Shown: positions 51,301-64,000 of the stretch, in pieces
Layout of the letters: every line of letters begins with the position of its first letter
Numbering within the stretch: the stretch's first letter is position 1
The notes under the pieces: model-generated
Database searches by the model: none
What the model was told of the DNA's origin: nothing
What the model saw: the letters and a program-made list of their open reading frames with translations, nothing else
NCBI GenBank assembly: GCA_000320545.1
Contig: ADNK01000742.1
Coordinates: 1-64,000 of the forward strand
DNA from: Bigelowiella natans CCMP2755
Taxonomy: Eukaryota > Protista > Cercozoa
Length of the DNA: 64,000 nt
Reading direction: 5' to 3'
Made by a program: the position numbers and the translations under genes

Positions 51301-54300
51301 AAATGCTTTGGAGGTGCGAAAATCTCTAGGATTCCTTTGCACAACATGCAGGCGCCGCGGTAGGTCTGCTGAACAAACTTCACAATGCAGATGAACGTGA
51401 ATAAAAATGCCACGAAAATCATCATGAAGAATATCCTTGGAATTGAGATGAAAGTCCGTAATACGTTGCCTACCAAACAAAACAGGGAAGAAAATGAAGA
51501 CTGATTCAACTTTCCTAATGGTACAAACACAACTCCCATACCAACCACCACAGCCGCACAAAATACTACGATTGATTGATGCTCAATTAGTTGTCGGCAT
51601 TTACCAGCGTAGAAGAGCCAGACAGAATCAAGGCACTTCTCCCACCACTTCTGTTCCTTCTTGACTTTGATGTCCCTCGTCAACTTGTTCTGGCGCCAAA
51701 TCTTACAGTGACCGTCACACCAAATAATCCCGAAGATTCCCATTAGTACCGCAATGAGCACCAATGGCGTCAACTGCAGCAAGAGAAAGGACCACAGGTA
51801 CGGTATATCGACTTGGCATTCGGGCTGGGCAAAATCGATGTTGATCGAGATGAAATTGAGAGAATTGTAGAAATTCACCACTGCGGGAGGCCATGTGATC
51901 GAAAAGTGGTTGAAGGACGCCGAAGCGGATATGAAATTCATCCATATACGTGTTGACCCAAGGCCCTTCAGATAAGGCGCGAACAGATAGAATCCGTACA
52001 GGAAAGCAATTGCGAGAATTCCTGCGAATACTAGCAGAGATATGTCGGTCGGAGGGCACTGCGCACATAGGGCTCCTGTATATTATAGTTGAAACATATC
52101 AATCACCGTCAGCTTATCAGAGACGATGTTGGAATTCAATATTCAGTGTTATGTGTTACTTATGTACCGTCGCGAAAGTGGTTTTTGGCACATTTAGCGC
52201 ACTTGCTGCCCGTGTACTTGGAGCTGCACCAGTTATTCACATCGATTCCTCCTTGACAGGCCTCCTCAGGAGAGCACTCGTAGAAGATCTGGCTGTCACC
52301 ATCCTCAAGACGATAGTAGCCAGTACCTGGATAAGGAACTACGGGGATCCCTTGGTAGTTGCTACCAGGGCAAATGGCTCCAGCCGGGCAAGCAGTGCAG
52401 CATGGATTCGTATAGGGCACCCCGTTCAAACTGCACGTTTTGGTCGAGTCGAAGTAGGCCTGAGGGGAGCATGTACAGTTCTCGATGGCAACCGCCCGCG
52501 TCAAAAGAGTCGCGGGGTCAGGATTGAGCTGGTCATTTAGCGAGGAGGCTGCTAGAGCAGCCCATGGATACTCCTCTTGCGTGGTGGAAAGCTCAGGGCA
52601 GGTTTTGCATGCAGCCTGACCGGTCTCATCCTGATACAGGCCTGCTTGACAATCTGAGCACACACGCGTACCCGCTGTTGCACTAAAGGTGCCCAAGGGG
52701 CACGGCTGGCACGTCAGGTAGTAGTAACTTGCATATTGGCCGGCGGGACATGCCTCCGACTGGATTGTGAAAGAGGATTCTGCAGAGTTTTGATCCGAGA
52801 AGTAGTTGGTCACTACGTTGGTGGTCTCGCCGTTAAATGTGACGTAAACCTGGTAGGTGTACCCCGTAGGCCTTGCTGGTGCAGGGCAGATCATCTCCGT
52901 CTGTGAGACGATAATTGCCGACGTACGTGCCATTAACTGATAGCAAGTAACGGAACCGTCTATGCAATTATCCTGTCCGCTTTCAAGTACGGTCACACCT
53001 GAAGTGGTGTACGTTCCGACCACTAAGCTGCGGTCAAGCACAGCTGTTCCAATCGTTGTTCCAGAATCTGCAGGATCTTCGGATTTGAACGCGAAGAGGC
53101 AGTAGGCAAGGGATGTGGTTGTATAATACGTGAAGAAATTTTGTCCCGTGAGGGTTACGTTCATATCGCCAGCCTCTGGAGTCCGCGTCTCTGCACCATC
53201 AAGAGTTATGGTCGAGATGTACGGCCTGGCGTGCACGCCAAAGACAAACGTCCCGTCGGAGGCAAAATTTTCGCCGTCAAGAGAGATCTGAAAGTATACT
53301 AAGCGGTTGGCAGTTCCGTTGAGATAGTATGGCGGAGTTGTACAAACGGCGCCTTGGTCATCACATGTCGGTGCGTCGTTGCATGTGCAGGTGAAGTACA
53401 CTGTCGGGCCTTCCCCCGCCACACGGGGAGCGAGTCTGATAATGGGAGATATTCCGTAAAGACTCGACGCGGAAATTGTAACCTGGGTGTTGCCCCACTC
53501 AGGCTGCACCTCGGGAGAGATAGACAGCTGCGAAAAGACGCCATATACGCTTAGCGTGGCCGGGTTAGGGGAGTACTGCTGTCCGTTCATTGCAACTTCT
53601 ATCTTGATAACATCGCCCGATGTAATGGTAGAGCTTGTAAGAGTTGGTGCGTCAATTTCGATGTTCCATTCTTCACCACAAACCGTGCCACTGCAGAGAG
53701 AAGCCCGTGGTACGATGTATTCCACGTCAATGTTGTTCCAGGGGTAGTTGGTGGAGAGAATGTTCGTGGTGGAGGATTTGTACGTCTTGACGCATGCTGC
53801 GGACATAGTTTGTCGGTACCCGAAGGCACCTGTTCCAGAATAAGGCACTGTATTGGTTACTCGGAATTGCAACACCAAGCTGTGACTTGACGTAAGAATG
53901 GTAGAGACATCGATTGGCGTAGAGAGAGTGAACTCGTTCCATCCTGTCGTGAATACGTGACCCGGGGAGGAGAAGACAACCTGAAAGACGGTTGGATCCT
54001 GGTAGGTAATTTTGCGCGCCGTCGTAGAGTACGATGTGATCACGCTTCCTGTCTGGGTCAGGTAACCGATTTCGAATGTAGTTGGAGCGGTTTCTGGCAC
54101 TCGGTCCACGTAGATCTTGAGCTTGGTAACCGAGGAATATATGCACTGAGTGCTCGCCGTGGAGGCACAAAAGCCACGCGAAAGAAGCTCAGTGTACGAG
54201 TATGTCGCGTGAAAGATCACGTCTTCAAGTCCTCCCAGGGGATAACCTTGTCCAATATAGAGAGTATCAACGATCGCGTTATCACTGTACATCTCGGACA

Positions 54301-54707
54301 CTGACGTGGACGTTCCAACCACGGTCTGCTCAAAGGTTTTCACTCCCGCATTGTCCGAGTACCGCACCGTTATCTGTGACGAGTCGAAGAGATTGGCTCC
54401 GCTCAGCTTGTACCGCACCTGGGCCGCTCCCACGCTCTGAATTTGCGGGATGGCCGTCACCGAGGACACGAGACTGCTGGGCTCATTGTAAAAATAAAAC
54501 TGCTCAGTAGTAACTGTTGCCGCCCCGCAAATATGGATCGTCCGATAGCTGCTCACCGTCACGGGAGGAGTTGTGCAGAGAATCGTTGTACTACGAAACG
54601 ATACAATATGAAGAGCACAAAGATGAAGAAAATTCAGAAGAAGAAGATAACGATAACAATAACAAACACTATTCCAACTTCTTTCTATCACTTAATGCAT
54701 ATTAAAC

Positions 54708-54748
<41 letters not shown>

Positions 54749-55402
54749 CACATTGCTCTCGATACTTTTACCTGTTGACTAATGTCGCTGCCGTAGAGGC
54801 GTTTCCTTGTGAGCCCCCAAAAAGACACGTCAAGACGTTCGCATTGGTAAAGTTGGTGCCATACACTTGGACGTTTGTCCCGCCGGTAACCGGGCCCGAG
54901 GAAGGGTAGAATCCGGTTACCGTGATACCGAGGCCACGCGAAGCAGGTGCTATTCTCACGTGCAGTTCATCAATAGCGAATGTCCCAAGATTATTGCTAC
55001 CATCATCGGCCTGGTAAAAGCGAAATTTGGTGTAGGATCCCTGAGCAAGGGATGGGACGGCGGTCGACACGTAAGTCCAGACAAACGTAGCTCCAGTAGA
55101 ACCCAGGGTGTAGAAGGTCGTCCAAGTCACATCATCATGCGTATACTGTAGCTCAACGTACTTTGTCGCACCGATTGGACCGCTACACAACGCCTCACCC
55201 CCGTATCTGAAGTAGAAATCAATGCTGCCGCCGAGGGTTGTATCGAGCGTCTCTGTTGCTAGAATTCGGTCCCCGCTGTTTGGTGTGTTGAACGAATGAG
55301 CGCAACATGATGGTGATGGCCATGTGGGGTGATTTCGACAGCAGTAAAATTCAATGTAATAACATAGTAACCTCCCCCTCCCACCCCCCCACGCATACAC
55401 AC

Positions 55403-55441
<39 letters not shown>

Positions 55442-58400
55442 TGATATATACTGTATGTACTATATCGAAATATTTGCTATTGGAGAAGCCCTACCTATTC
55501 GAAAATTCGAGCGATTGAGTGGATCCGGATGGCGCTGACGCGGACGCCGAGGTAATGCAAGTCGTACCCAAAGAACCCGTGTTGGTTTGAAACTGGTAGC
55601 TCCTCACAGTAGTCTGAAAGTCGTCTGATATTACCTTGCAAGTCTCAATCGTGGTCACCGTGAAATTAGCGCTTCCTGGAGCTGCAGCGTACTGCTGACC
55701 GTTGAGCGATACCTCGATCGACAGAGCCCCAGATGCTACTTGTTGTCCGGAACTGAGAAGGACCGGCAGCACAAACTGGAATTTAGTGTACGTCGTTGTA
55801 GTAGATGCTGCAGCGGTAACGCTAAGGCTATAGTCGTACTCGATTGTTGGTGAGGCAATTGTAGAAGAAGAAGCAGTGGTTACATCAGCGGGTCGTGCGG
55901 AGAGGGAGTTTGTGTCGCCGATATTAGTAGCTTCAGCGTACCTAAATTCCGTCTCCGAAAGAGCAAATCGAACGTAGATCACTGACTGATTAATGTAGCT
56001 AGTCCAAATTGTGATGGTCGTTTCTTCATCAGGATATGCGGACGTTGGGGACACCTGTTGGACGCTCGGGGCCGAATACGTCTGCAGCGATACGGCTCCT
56101 TGCGAGTTGTACTGCTGCCCGTTCAGCGCGACCTCGATCGTGAACGAAGTCGAGTTGGTTGTGTTGTCTCCAAGTGCGCTAGGAGTTTCGGATAGAATGA
56201 GTTCCATCTCCTTTGACTCAGGGCCCAAGCTGACTTCAACGTCGGAGCTCGACGAAGAAATAGCTGCTTGCGCATGGATATAGTCGAATTCACCTCCCGC
56301 ATTAATAGAACCAATGAAAACGTAATAGTTGGCAGCACCGATAACAGCAGTTGATAGAGGACCACAGGTATCGCTGGAATCCAGGCCCGTTCCAGTGATC
56401 GTCATGCCGAAGCTCGAATTGACGTAGATCGAGAATCTGTCGACGTTGAGGCTGCACGACACGCAGCTTGGACCAACGCAAAGTTGCGTATTGTTCACGT
56501 ACAGCATACCCGAGGCACCAGCGGTCGGGCGTGTAGTTCCGCGAGTGGAGCTCAAATAGACAAACTGCTGCGCCCCAGCTGTGCGGATGATACGGAAGTC
56601 AATTATGGTGTTCGCCAGGAACTCAAAGTTGCTCCGAGTTGCGACACGCGTTGAGCTCAAAGCGTATCCGAATCGGAGGCGGCTGTTTGTGTACGATATT
56701 TCGGACACGCTTACGTTCTCTGGCTGCACATACGACCAGAAGGTATAGTTCTCGGCAGAAAGCTCATCAAAGATTGCAAACGCGTGTTCAGGACCGAAGG
56801 AGTTTGTCAGGTTGCCATCTCCATAGTACAAGTGGTAGAAACTCGTCGCCGAAGCTGAGATAGAGGCTCGAAACCACAGCCTCGTGTTCTCTGTGTTGCA
56901 GCTGCTTTCTTCCAAGTACAGCGGATACTCTTTGAGCGAGTTAAATTCTGCAGAGAAAAGTTTAATATCGGAACAGTCGGCTTTGAGCTGCCCTGCTGAG
57001 ATCCAAGCCTTCGAGCTGAACACAATCGCGACCGGGTGGTCAACGACCGCCACGGTCAATGCATTCGTGACGTTCACATTGCGCTTGTACTGTGGCGAAT
57101 GTGTGTTGTTTGAAACGAAGCCTCCCATTCGTACACTCACTTCCTGGACTCCATTCAGGGCGGTGTCCGTCATATTCCTGCCAAAGACAGCGAGTTCAAG
57201 TTGCGCACCGCTTTGTGAGGCGACGGAAGAGTCGGCAAGGGCAGTTGATGGGTATAACGCCAACACTGTTGGCGTCTCATAGTACGTGTAATCCATAGCT
57301 GAAGCCGTGTAAATGATCTCTTGATTAAAGGATGTGTCCATTGTAACATTGGCAGTCTCCTCCCGCTTTGCGGTTAGAGTTTCGTTGAGACTGGGCGAGG
57401 AGCAAAGCAACTCACTCGCACTAACGTAGACGCAGGAAGGCGATGCTAGAGGGCCAACCATACCTTTAATTCCACGCGTGGGGAAGAATCCACTCCCAAT
57501 GACACGGAAGCTTGTGTTCCCTGGATGGAATAATATCATTGAATTCAGCATTTGACGCAACTGTAGGAAATCTATGTGGCAAAAATTGCGTATATTTTCT
57601 AGTAGGGGCTCTAGCCCTCCTCCCGACGAGGAATAGATGCGATGTAACAAAAAGAAAAATATGGAGATACAACGGAGAAATTCCGCCCATTTTCATCGAC
57701 ATAAACTAGAGAAGTTCTTTAATTCAATTTTATTGTGCTGCAGCATTGTTATCTATTGCAAACGATCGACCAACCTGTATCAGGCCCACTGTGTGGAATC
57801 AGCTCCGTTACTACTGGAAAGTCGTAGTACTGAAACGGGGTCGTGGCGGGAGAATACTGCTGAGCATTCAACGAGACGCTAAGAGAAATATTAGCTTCCA
57901 CCGAAAAGCTGGATGTATTGAATGTAATCGCAGTTGAATTTAGAAGAGTTGCAGTGGTTGTCGCTTGGTTGGAGCTCCCATCCGCGAGGACGCTGTAAAG
58001 ACTAGCCCCAGAGAGATTTTGGAACCCTATTTTTTTTTAATGACAACGTAATGTATATATAGCCCGTCAGTGAATAATAGATCTATCTACCAATCGGTCA
58101 GTCAGTCAGTCAATCAGGTAAAGCAGGCGTGCAAGCACTTACTATTAACAATCAATCAACATTCTTTTTTGGCTACAGAGAGAGAGAGAAAAAGTATGTA
58201 GTGTGAGTGGGTAAATACCGCTCCCATGAAGTGTAACCGTCATGCCTCCTCGTATGGGTCCATATGGATCGACAAGAGCTTCTATTTGAGGATGAGAGTA
58301 GCGATGGAAACTGGGAAGAGGAGAAAGGGAGGGGGAGGAAAGAAGACCGAAATCAGGACGTAAATGCATATGATAACGCGCAACATCTCTTCATACCCCC

Positions 58401-58559
58401 CTCTCCTCCTTCAAAATAGAAATTACAGCATAAATGCATCGACTCATGGACGCACGAATGCACGGATGCACACACATGCTGGCACACATACACGTATGTC
58501 CAATCGTGTGTGCATGCGCAAGTGTTTATCCTATGAGCCAATGGTTACTACAACAACCA

Positions 58560-58611
<52 letters not shown>

Positions 58612-61600
58612 ATCTACGATGTAGCTTGCTGGCCATTGAGCAGCACCTGTGGGTACTGGATGCTAGGCGTACATACAGTCTCGTTGTAGCAGGTAATCGA
58701 CACGCTTTCGTCCACCGGTGTTCTGCAGGTAATTGTCCCGTTGGCGAATGTTCCGTTCACCAGTGAGCTACCGAACATAACCTTGATTTGGTCGCCATAG
58801 TAGCTGAAGTTGCTTCCCGAAACTGTCAGGAGAGTATCACCAGCAAATGGACCGAGAGGCGGATCTGTTTGCGTCACATTCGGCAGCCAGTAATACTGGA
58901 AGTGAATCGAGCCATTGTAGAAAATCTTTTGGTTTCGGGAAAGGTCCTCGATCGATACGGTAACTAGCACACTCCCTGCTGTAAGATTGGTGGCAGGAGG
59001 AGAGACACACAGGATATGATCGCTTTCGTATCGGCAGCTGAGAGCGTCTATGTCGCCAAACTTTGCGCTGACATCCGCGGTCTGTCGGTAGGTGCCATAG
59101 ATCTTCACAGATGTGTTGCCTGAGATAGGCCCGGAGAGGGGTGCTTGTTGGCTGACCACAACCTGCGGATAGTACTCAAACTGCGTAGGAGAGAGTTGGA
59201 CAAAGTTCTGAGCATCGAGAGCGAGAGCCACAGTAACATTGCTTGCTCCCCCTGCCGAGGCTGGAGCCTCGCAGAAGACGCGAAGCTCCTCGCTTCCTGC
59301 TGCCGGTTCCAGCAACGTAGCCGTCACAGTCTCGTCACCGAGTTTGCAGCGAAGGTAATTCGGATGGGTGGGGCGGGTGAGGTTGAGGATGCCAGTCCCA
59401 CTTATGGTTAGCTGTGTACCTCCCAGTACTGGCCCAAATTCAGGCACGATCGATGTCACCTCCGGCTGCCGATACGCAGTAAAGTTAACCTGGGTCTGTC
59501 CGAACTGCTGCCCGTTTAACTTCACATGCACATCTCCAGAGCTGACATTGTGAGGGGTGGTAGCGCGAATCTTGACCTGACTGCCATCCGTGAACGTCTC
59601 TACATGAACTGCGCTATCGACTCCGAAATAAACCGAAATGGGATCTCCAGTGACCACAAAGCCCTCCCCAGAGACTGTGACTACGGTGGAGCCGTTGATA
59701 GGCCCAAAAGGCGGATCAAGATACGTCACGTTTGGAGTAGAGTAGTAACGAAATCCGACGGAAGTATTGGAGACGAAAGTTATGATAGCATTATCGGTAG
59801 GGTCATCTATAGAGAGCCCAAGGAATGTAGCGCTATCTATACCCTCTGGTGTGTTGCAGACCACATTAGCAGTACTGAGGTACGTGCAATTTACGATACT
59901 GCCAGAAAAGTTGGCCCTTACCCAGCCGGTATTGAAGAAGTAACCGGAGATTGTCACGCTCGTGTTACCTGTGACAGGTCCCGAGATCGGGCTTATCGCG
60001 AAGATACGGGGCTCATCATAGAATTCAAACGAAGGCGAGAAATTGTCTGGGGAGTATTGCTGACCGTTGAGGCTTATGTTGAACTTCGTCGCTAGTGGCG
60101 TGTCGTCGGATGGAAACGCGTTTGTTACTGCATCTGTAGTGCACTCTATCGTACCATCCGCTAGATAGGTTCCAAGGACGAAATCCGAAGCCGTGTTGCC
60201 ATACTCACACCGAATGTTCGTGCTCCCATTCGCGAACGCTCCCTGTGAATCGGTGAGCACAATACGAGTCGAGCCATGAAATGGCGCGAAAGCTGGCGAT
60301 GCACTGTAGCTCCTGTAGTCATAGTAAAGGAACTGCACTGCATCGTTTGTAAATTGCTGTCCGTTGAGGGAGATCTCGAGCGTGGCAGAGCCTTGCTGAG
60401 AAAATAGAGGCGTTGTCGCGATTATACTGCCATTCGCGACTGAGACACCAGTATCAACAATGGTCGAATTAAGCCTGATCTTGAGTGTATCGCCATAGTC
60501 AAAGAAGCCTATCCCCGATATCGTCACCAGGGTGTTTCCCACTGTGGGGCCAAGGAAGGGCTCCACAGCCAGCATATTGGTCGAGTAGTACGTAAAATCT
60601 TGATTTGCTGTAAAGAGCGGTCCACGAGTCTCCGTAGGATCGATCCCGACGCGCATCGTAGATAATCCCGCTCCGTTGGCAGCTGCAGGCGACACGCAGT
60701 TCATATACGTAATCCAGCACTCACAGGCGCCATCAGTGAAGCTCGCGAAATTTGGGTTGAGAGTGAAAAGGGAGCTGTCGCACGTCATAGAGGTGTTGGC
60801 TCGCTCCCATCGAGAATACACACCGTTTTTCCCATAACGTACGCGTCCCTCTGGACAGACACAGCTCTCTCCTGAGTCGGCACAATGGCTTGGCCCTGAT
60901 TCTGTGAAGTTTGAGCATGTGGCCTGCGTCGTATTGCTGCCCTCTCCGAACTGTGCCACCTGACTTGAGGTATTGTACAATCCCGCAGTAACACGGATAT
61001 TAGTCGCACCGGAGATAGGGCCCGACTTGGGCTCAATCGAGTACATCTGAATTTCAGGGTAGATTGTGACGTTGAGATCTGGTGTTGCATGGAACTGCTG
61101 CCCATTCAGAGTGAGTTTTAATGAGATGTCGTCCTCAATGTGTTGCGTGAAGTTGAATCGGATCTCAGTGTCCGAGATCAATTCTCCCGTGTAGTTTGTC
61201 GCTGAAGTTTCCCATGTCTGGTAATCAGTGGCCACAGCCACTAATGCAGCGCCGACTTTGTTATTCGAAGAATCAGTGATTTCGAAACCAGATCCACGAA
61301 TCGTCAGCTGCGTGTCACCCCTCACTGGGACCAAGCTTGGGGAGATTTGTGTGAAGGAAGGGTCGTTATAGCCTTGGAACAAAATTCCGTTTGCAGTTGC
61401 CTGTTGCCCGTTGAGAAGCACTTCAATAGTGTATTCCCCCGTACTGAGAGTGGGGGTTGTAATCGAGACGGTGCTTGAGTCTTCAACATTCCCGTCTATG
61501 AGTGTCGTTGTGCCGCCACTCGTGAGAGCAACTTTACACTGGTCTGGCACAGATGCAAAACCATTTCCAGAGATTACGATGTTCGTGCTCCCTGATACTG

Positions 61601-61984
61601 GTCCGAGAGGCGGAGACAGCACGGATACGTTAGGGGCAGCGTACGCCTGGAATTGAACACCACTTGAGGAGTACACCGCATTCGTGGTGAGTATAGAAGT
61701 GTCATCGTTTGAGATCTCAAGGGCTCCGGTTGAGACACCTTCTGGTGAAACACAAAGTACTTGTGTGCACACGGGAGCTGCGGCGTCGGCTGACGATCCA
61801 GGATCAGTACAACTAGAAGCCAAAAGAGAGCAGTTACTGGATGAGAGAGAATTGAACGTTCCCAAGGCGATGCCCGTATTGTAGAAAGTACCTGCAAGAT
61901 AGTTGGTTGGATTTGCATATTTAGCAGCACGCGAGGTCGATTGATTTGGTTGGGAAAATTCAACTTCACACATGCATCCCGAAG

Positions 61985-62021
<37 letters not shown>

Positions 62022-64000
62022 TCCCATGCTCATTCTCATCCACATATACATACGTATATTCCCTTATGAAATAGCTCCTCTCGGGTAAAGCAGCAGTCAT
62101 AAGATTGCTGTTCAGCAAATAAAAAAAATAATAATAGTACCTGTTACGGTGACTACAGTATTGCCCTGGACCGGGCCCGATTGTGTGGAGAGGGATGTAA
62201 CCTGAGGTTCAGGGTACGAGTACACCCATACATTCTGCGAAGACACTTGGACACCGTTCGGTGAAAAACTGAAACCCTGCCATTCAGAGCCCGTCCTCGT
62301 CGTGTGTGACGTCGTGAATACAATGCTGAAATCACTGACGATGGTAACTGTCAGGTTCTCATTCGTATGGCGGTCCAGATAGCGAAATTCCGACTCGTAC
62401 GCCTTTAGTTGATTAAGACCAAAACTCAACTGGTTGATATAAATTACAAAAACTGTGATATTACAACCGCCCCGTATAGGTTGTAACCGAACATTACTAA
62501 TGCTCGAAAAAGACGAATCATTAATCGATCTAAAACTGAGTGTGCTCGGAGACGCCTGCTGACCATTAAGAAGTATAGTGAGGGTTTCTGCGACCCCTAT
62601 GTCAGCAGTCCTTGATGGTAAGTCGGCGACAATTTGCGTGGCATTTCGGAAGGAAACAGATGTGGCATCAACGCCAGCGAGCTTCACCAGTGAGTTCCCA
62701 ACGGAGAAATCGATGAATCCAGAACCAGAAATGGTGACTTGCGTCCCATACAAAAACCCAATCGACGGTGCCACGACAGTAAGAGTTGGTTCGGCGTAGT
62801 ACTGAAAGTTTTGGGCCGACGAGAAGGACCGAGCCGGATTCGAGGCAGCATTATCCATACTCACATCTACATTGTACGTGCCAGCAGTCTTTGCTGGTGT
62901 TGTGCACGTTATGGTGTGAGCATTGGTTCGTGAGCAACTTGCTTCGGTGGTGCCGTCTATTCGTACGTCAAGACTCCCAGAATCATAGAAGAAACCACTT
63001 AAGGTCAGCGTTGTAGCCCCTGTTATTGGACCTGATATCGGGCTCAGGCTGCTTAGAGTTGTATTATAATACTGGAAATCGCCTCCTGTATAGGCGAGGC
63101 ATGTGGTCCCTCCGTAAACATTTGGATCATTATACTGTACACAGACAGTTTTAGTGCCAGTGCCCGCTGGTGAGTAAACATGGATTAGGGTCGAGGTCCT
63201 AGCTATGAGGAATGCGGTTGTCGCACCAAATTTTACAGTCGGTGTCAGGGCCGCGTTAAAATTTGTGCCCGAAATGGAGAGAACGGTACCGCCAGCCTCG
63301 GGGCCGAATCGGTCCTTCTGTGAAGTGGAGACAGTGTAAATATCAGTCACTGAATACGTACTGAATTGTGGCGAGGACAGTGTTGCGTACACTGCGTTCC
63401 TGATCGTTACATTGACCACATGGTTAGAATCTGTTGGTATTCCAGAAGGCACGACCCCAGTAATCGTCGTCGCACTTACAACGGTAACATCGGTCATCTC
63501 GTATGTCCCAAAAAACGCTCGGGTAGCTCCTGACCCATAGGGAGAAGCAAAGTTAGTGCCCGTTATAGTAACCTCAAGTCCTGCAGGAGCATACACAGGG
63601 TCGAGGTTGGTTACTGTCGGGGGACTACAAACGGGTGCTGAGCCATTGAACGTCCCGGCGACCCAGCCGCCATTGGGAAAGTCTCCATTGCAGCGTCGGG
63701 CATAATCACCCGATGTCATCGTATACCCATTGTCGCAAAAGTAATTGCAAACTTGCAAATGAGGTACCTCAACGCTAGCAGTCGGACAGTTATCGGATCG
63801 CACATTAGCTCCCAGAGCTGGAGTAGGACATGGAGTGAAAGTGGGGGCAGAGGTGGTTGGGGAACATGTAGACGGAGAACAGGTCGAGGGCCCCAACGTA
63901 GTCGGACTTAAGGTTGTTGGCCCGCACGTGGAAGGACTCAATGTGGAAGGGCTTAATGTTGTCGGGCCCGAAGTGGTTGGACTACAAGATGAGGGTGAAA
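45307..64000 (-). CDS. Giant receptor-like membrane protein: PT repeats, Sushi/CCP, multiple IPT/TIG, DUF2341-like, Reelin-like, Cys-rich (GCC2/GCC3-like), multi-TM, WD40. The 5' end is outside the window and extra 3' exons to about 44330 are possible
   Basis: Co-oriented large exons (about 62141-64000, 58627-61892, 55494-57500, 54771-55275, 52166-54570, 46590-52075, 45307-46375) joined by GT-AG introns. Repeated P..GP..GGT.VTI.G and ISLNGQQF; CQPCPLGTFS; YGYIYLKY..QFWYWE...LFRK; GSIHAWD and GRVRFWN. Confidence 0.88.

Overview
Eukaryotic nuclear DNA with GT-AG introns and many microsatellites, probably from a unicellular eukaryote. Host genes: a PHD-finger protein, S-formylglutathione hydrolase (ESD), a claudin-like 4TM protein, a PP2C phosphatase, a membrane protein whose 69-nt intron is made of degenerate telomeric repeat, and a giant minus-strand receptor-like gene (>5,000 aa, 5'-truncated; Sushi, IPT/TIG repeats, DUF2341, Reelin-like, Cys-rich, multi-TM, WD40). 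At about 13.4-27.0 kb a Ty1/copia element has split an ORF and itself carries a second, oppositely oriented copia element; a MITE follows. The main signal is that about 12.3-28.3 kb, plus four small intergenic islands, has lost nearly all TpA dinucleotides. Conserved Tyr codons read as Cys or His, sister LTRs differ by reciprocal CA/TG at the same sites, and several paired copies show TA versus TG. This points to a RIP-like, region-targeted, double-stranded A:T to G:C hypermutation process acting at TpA, opposite in direction to fungal RIP.
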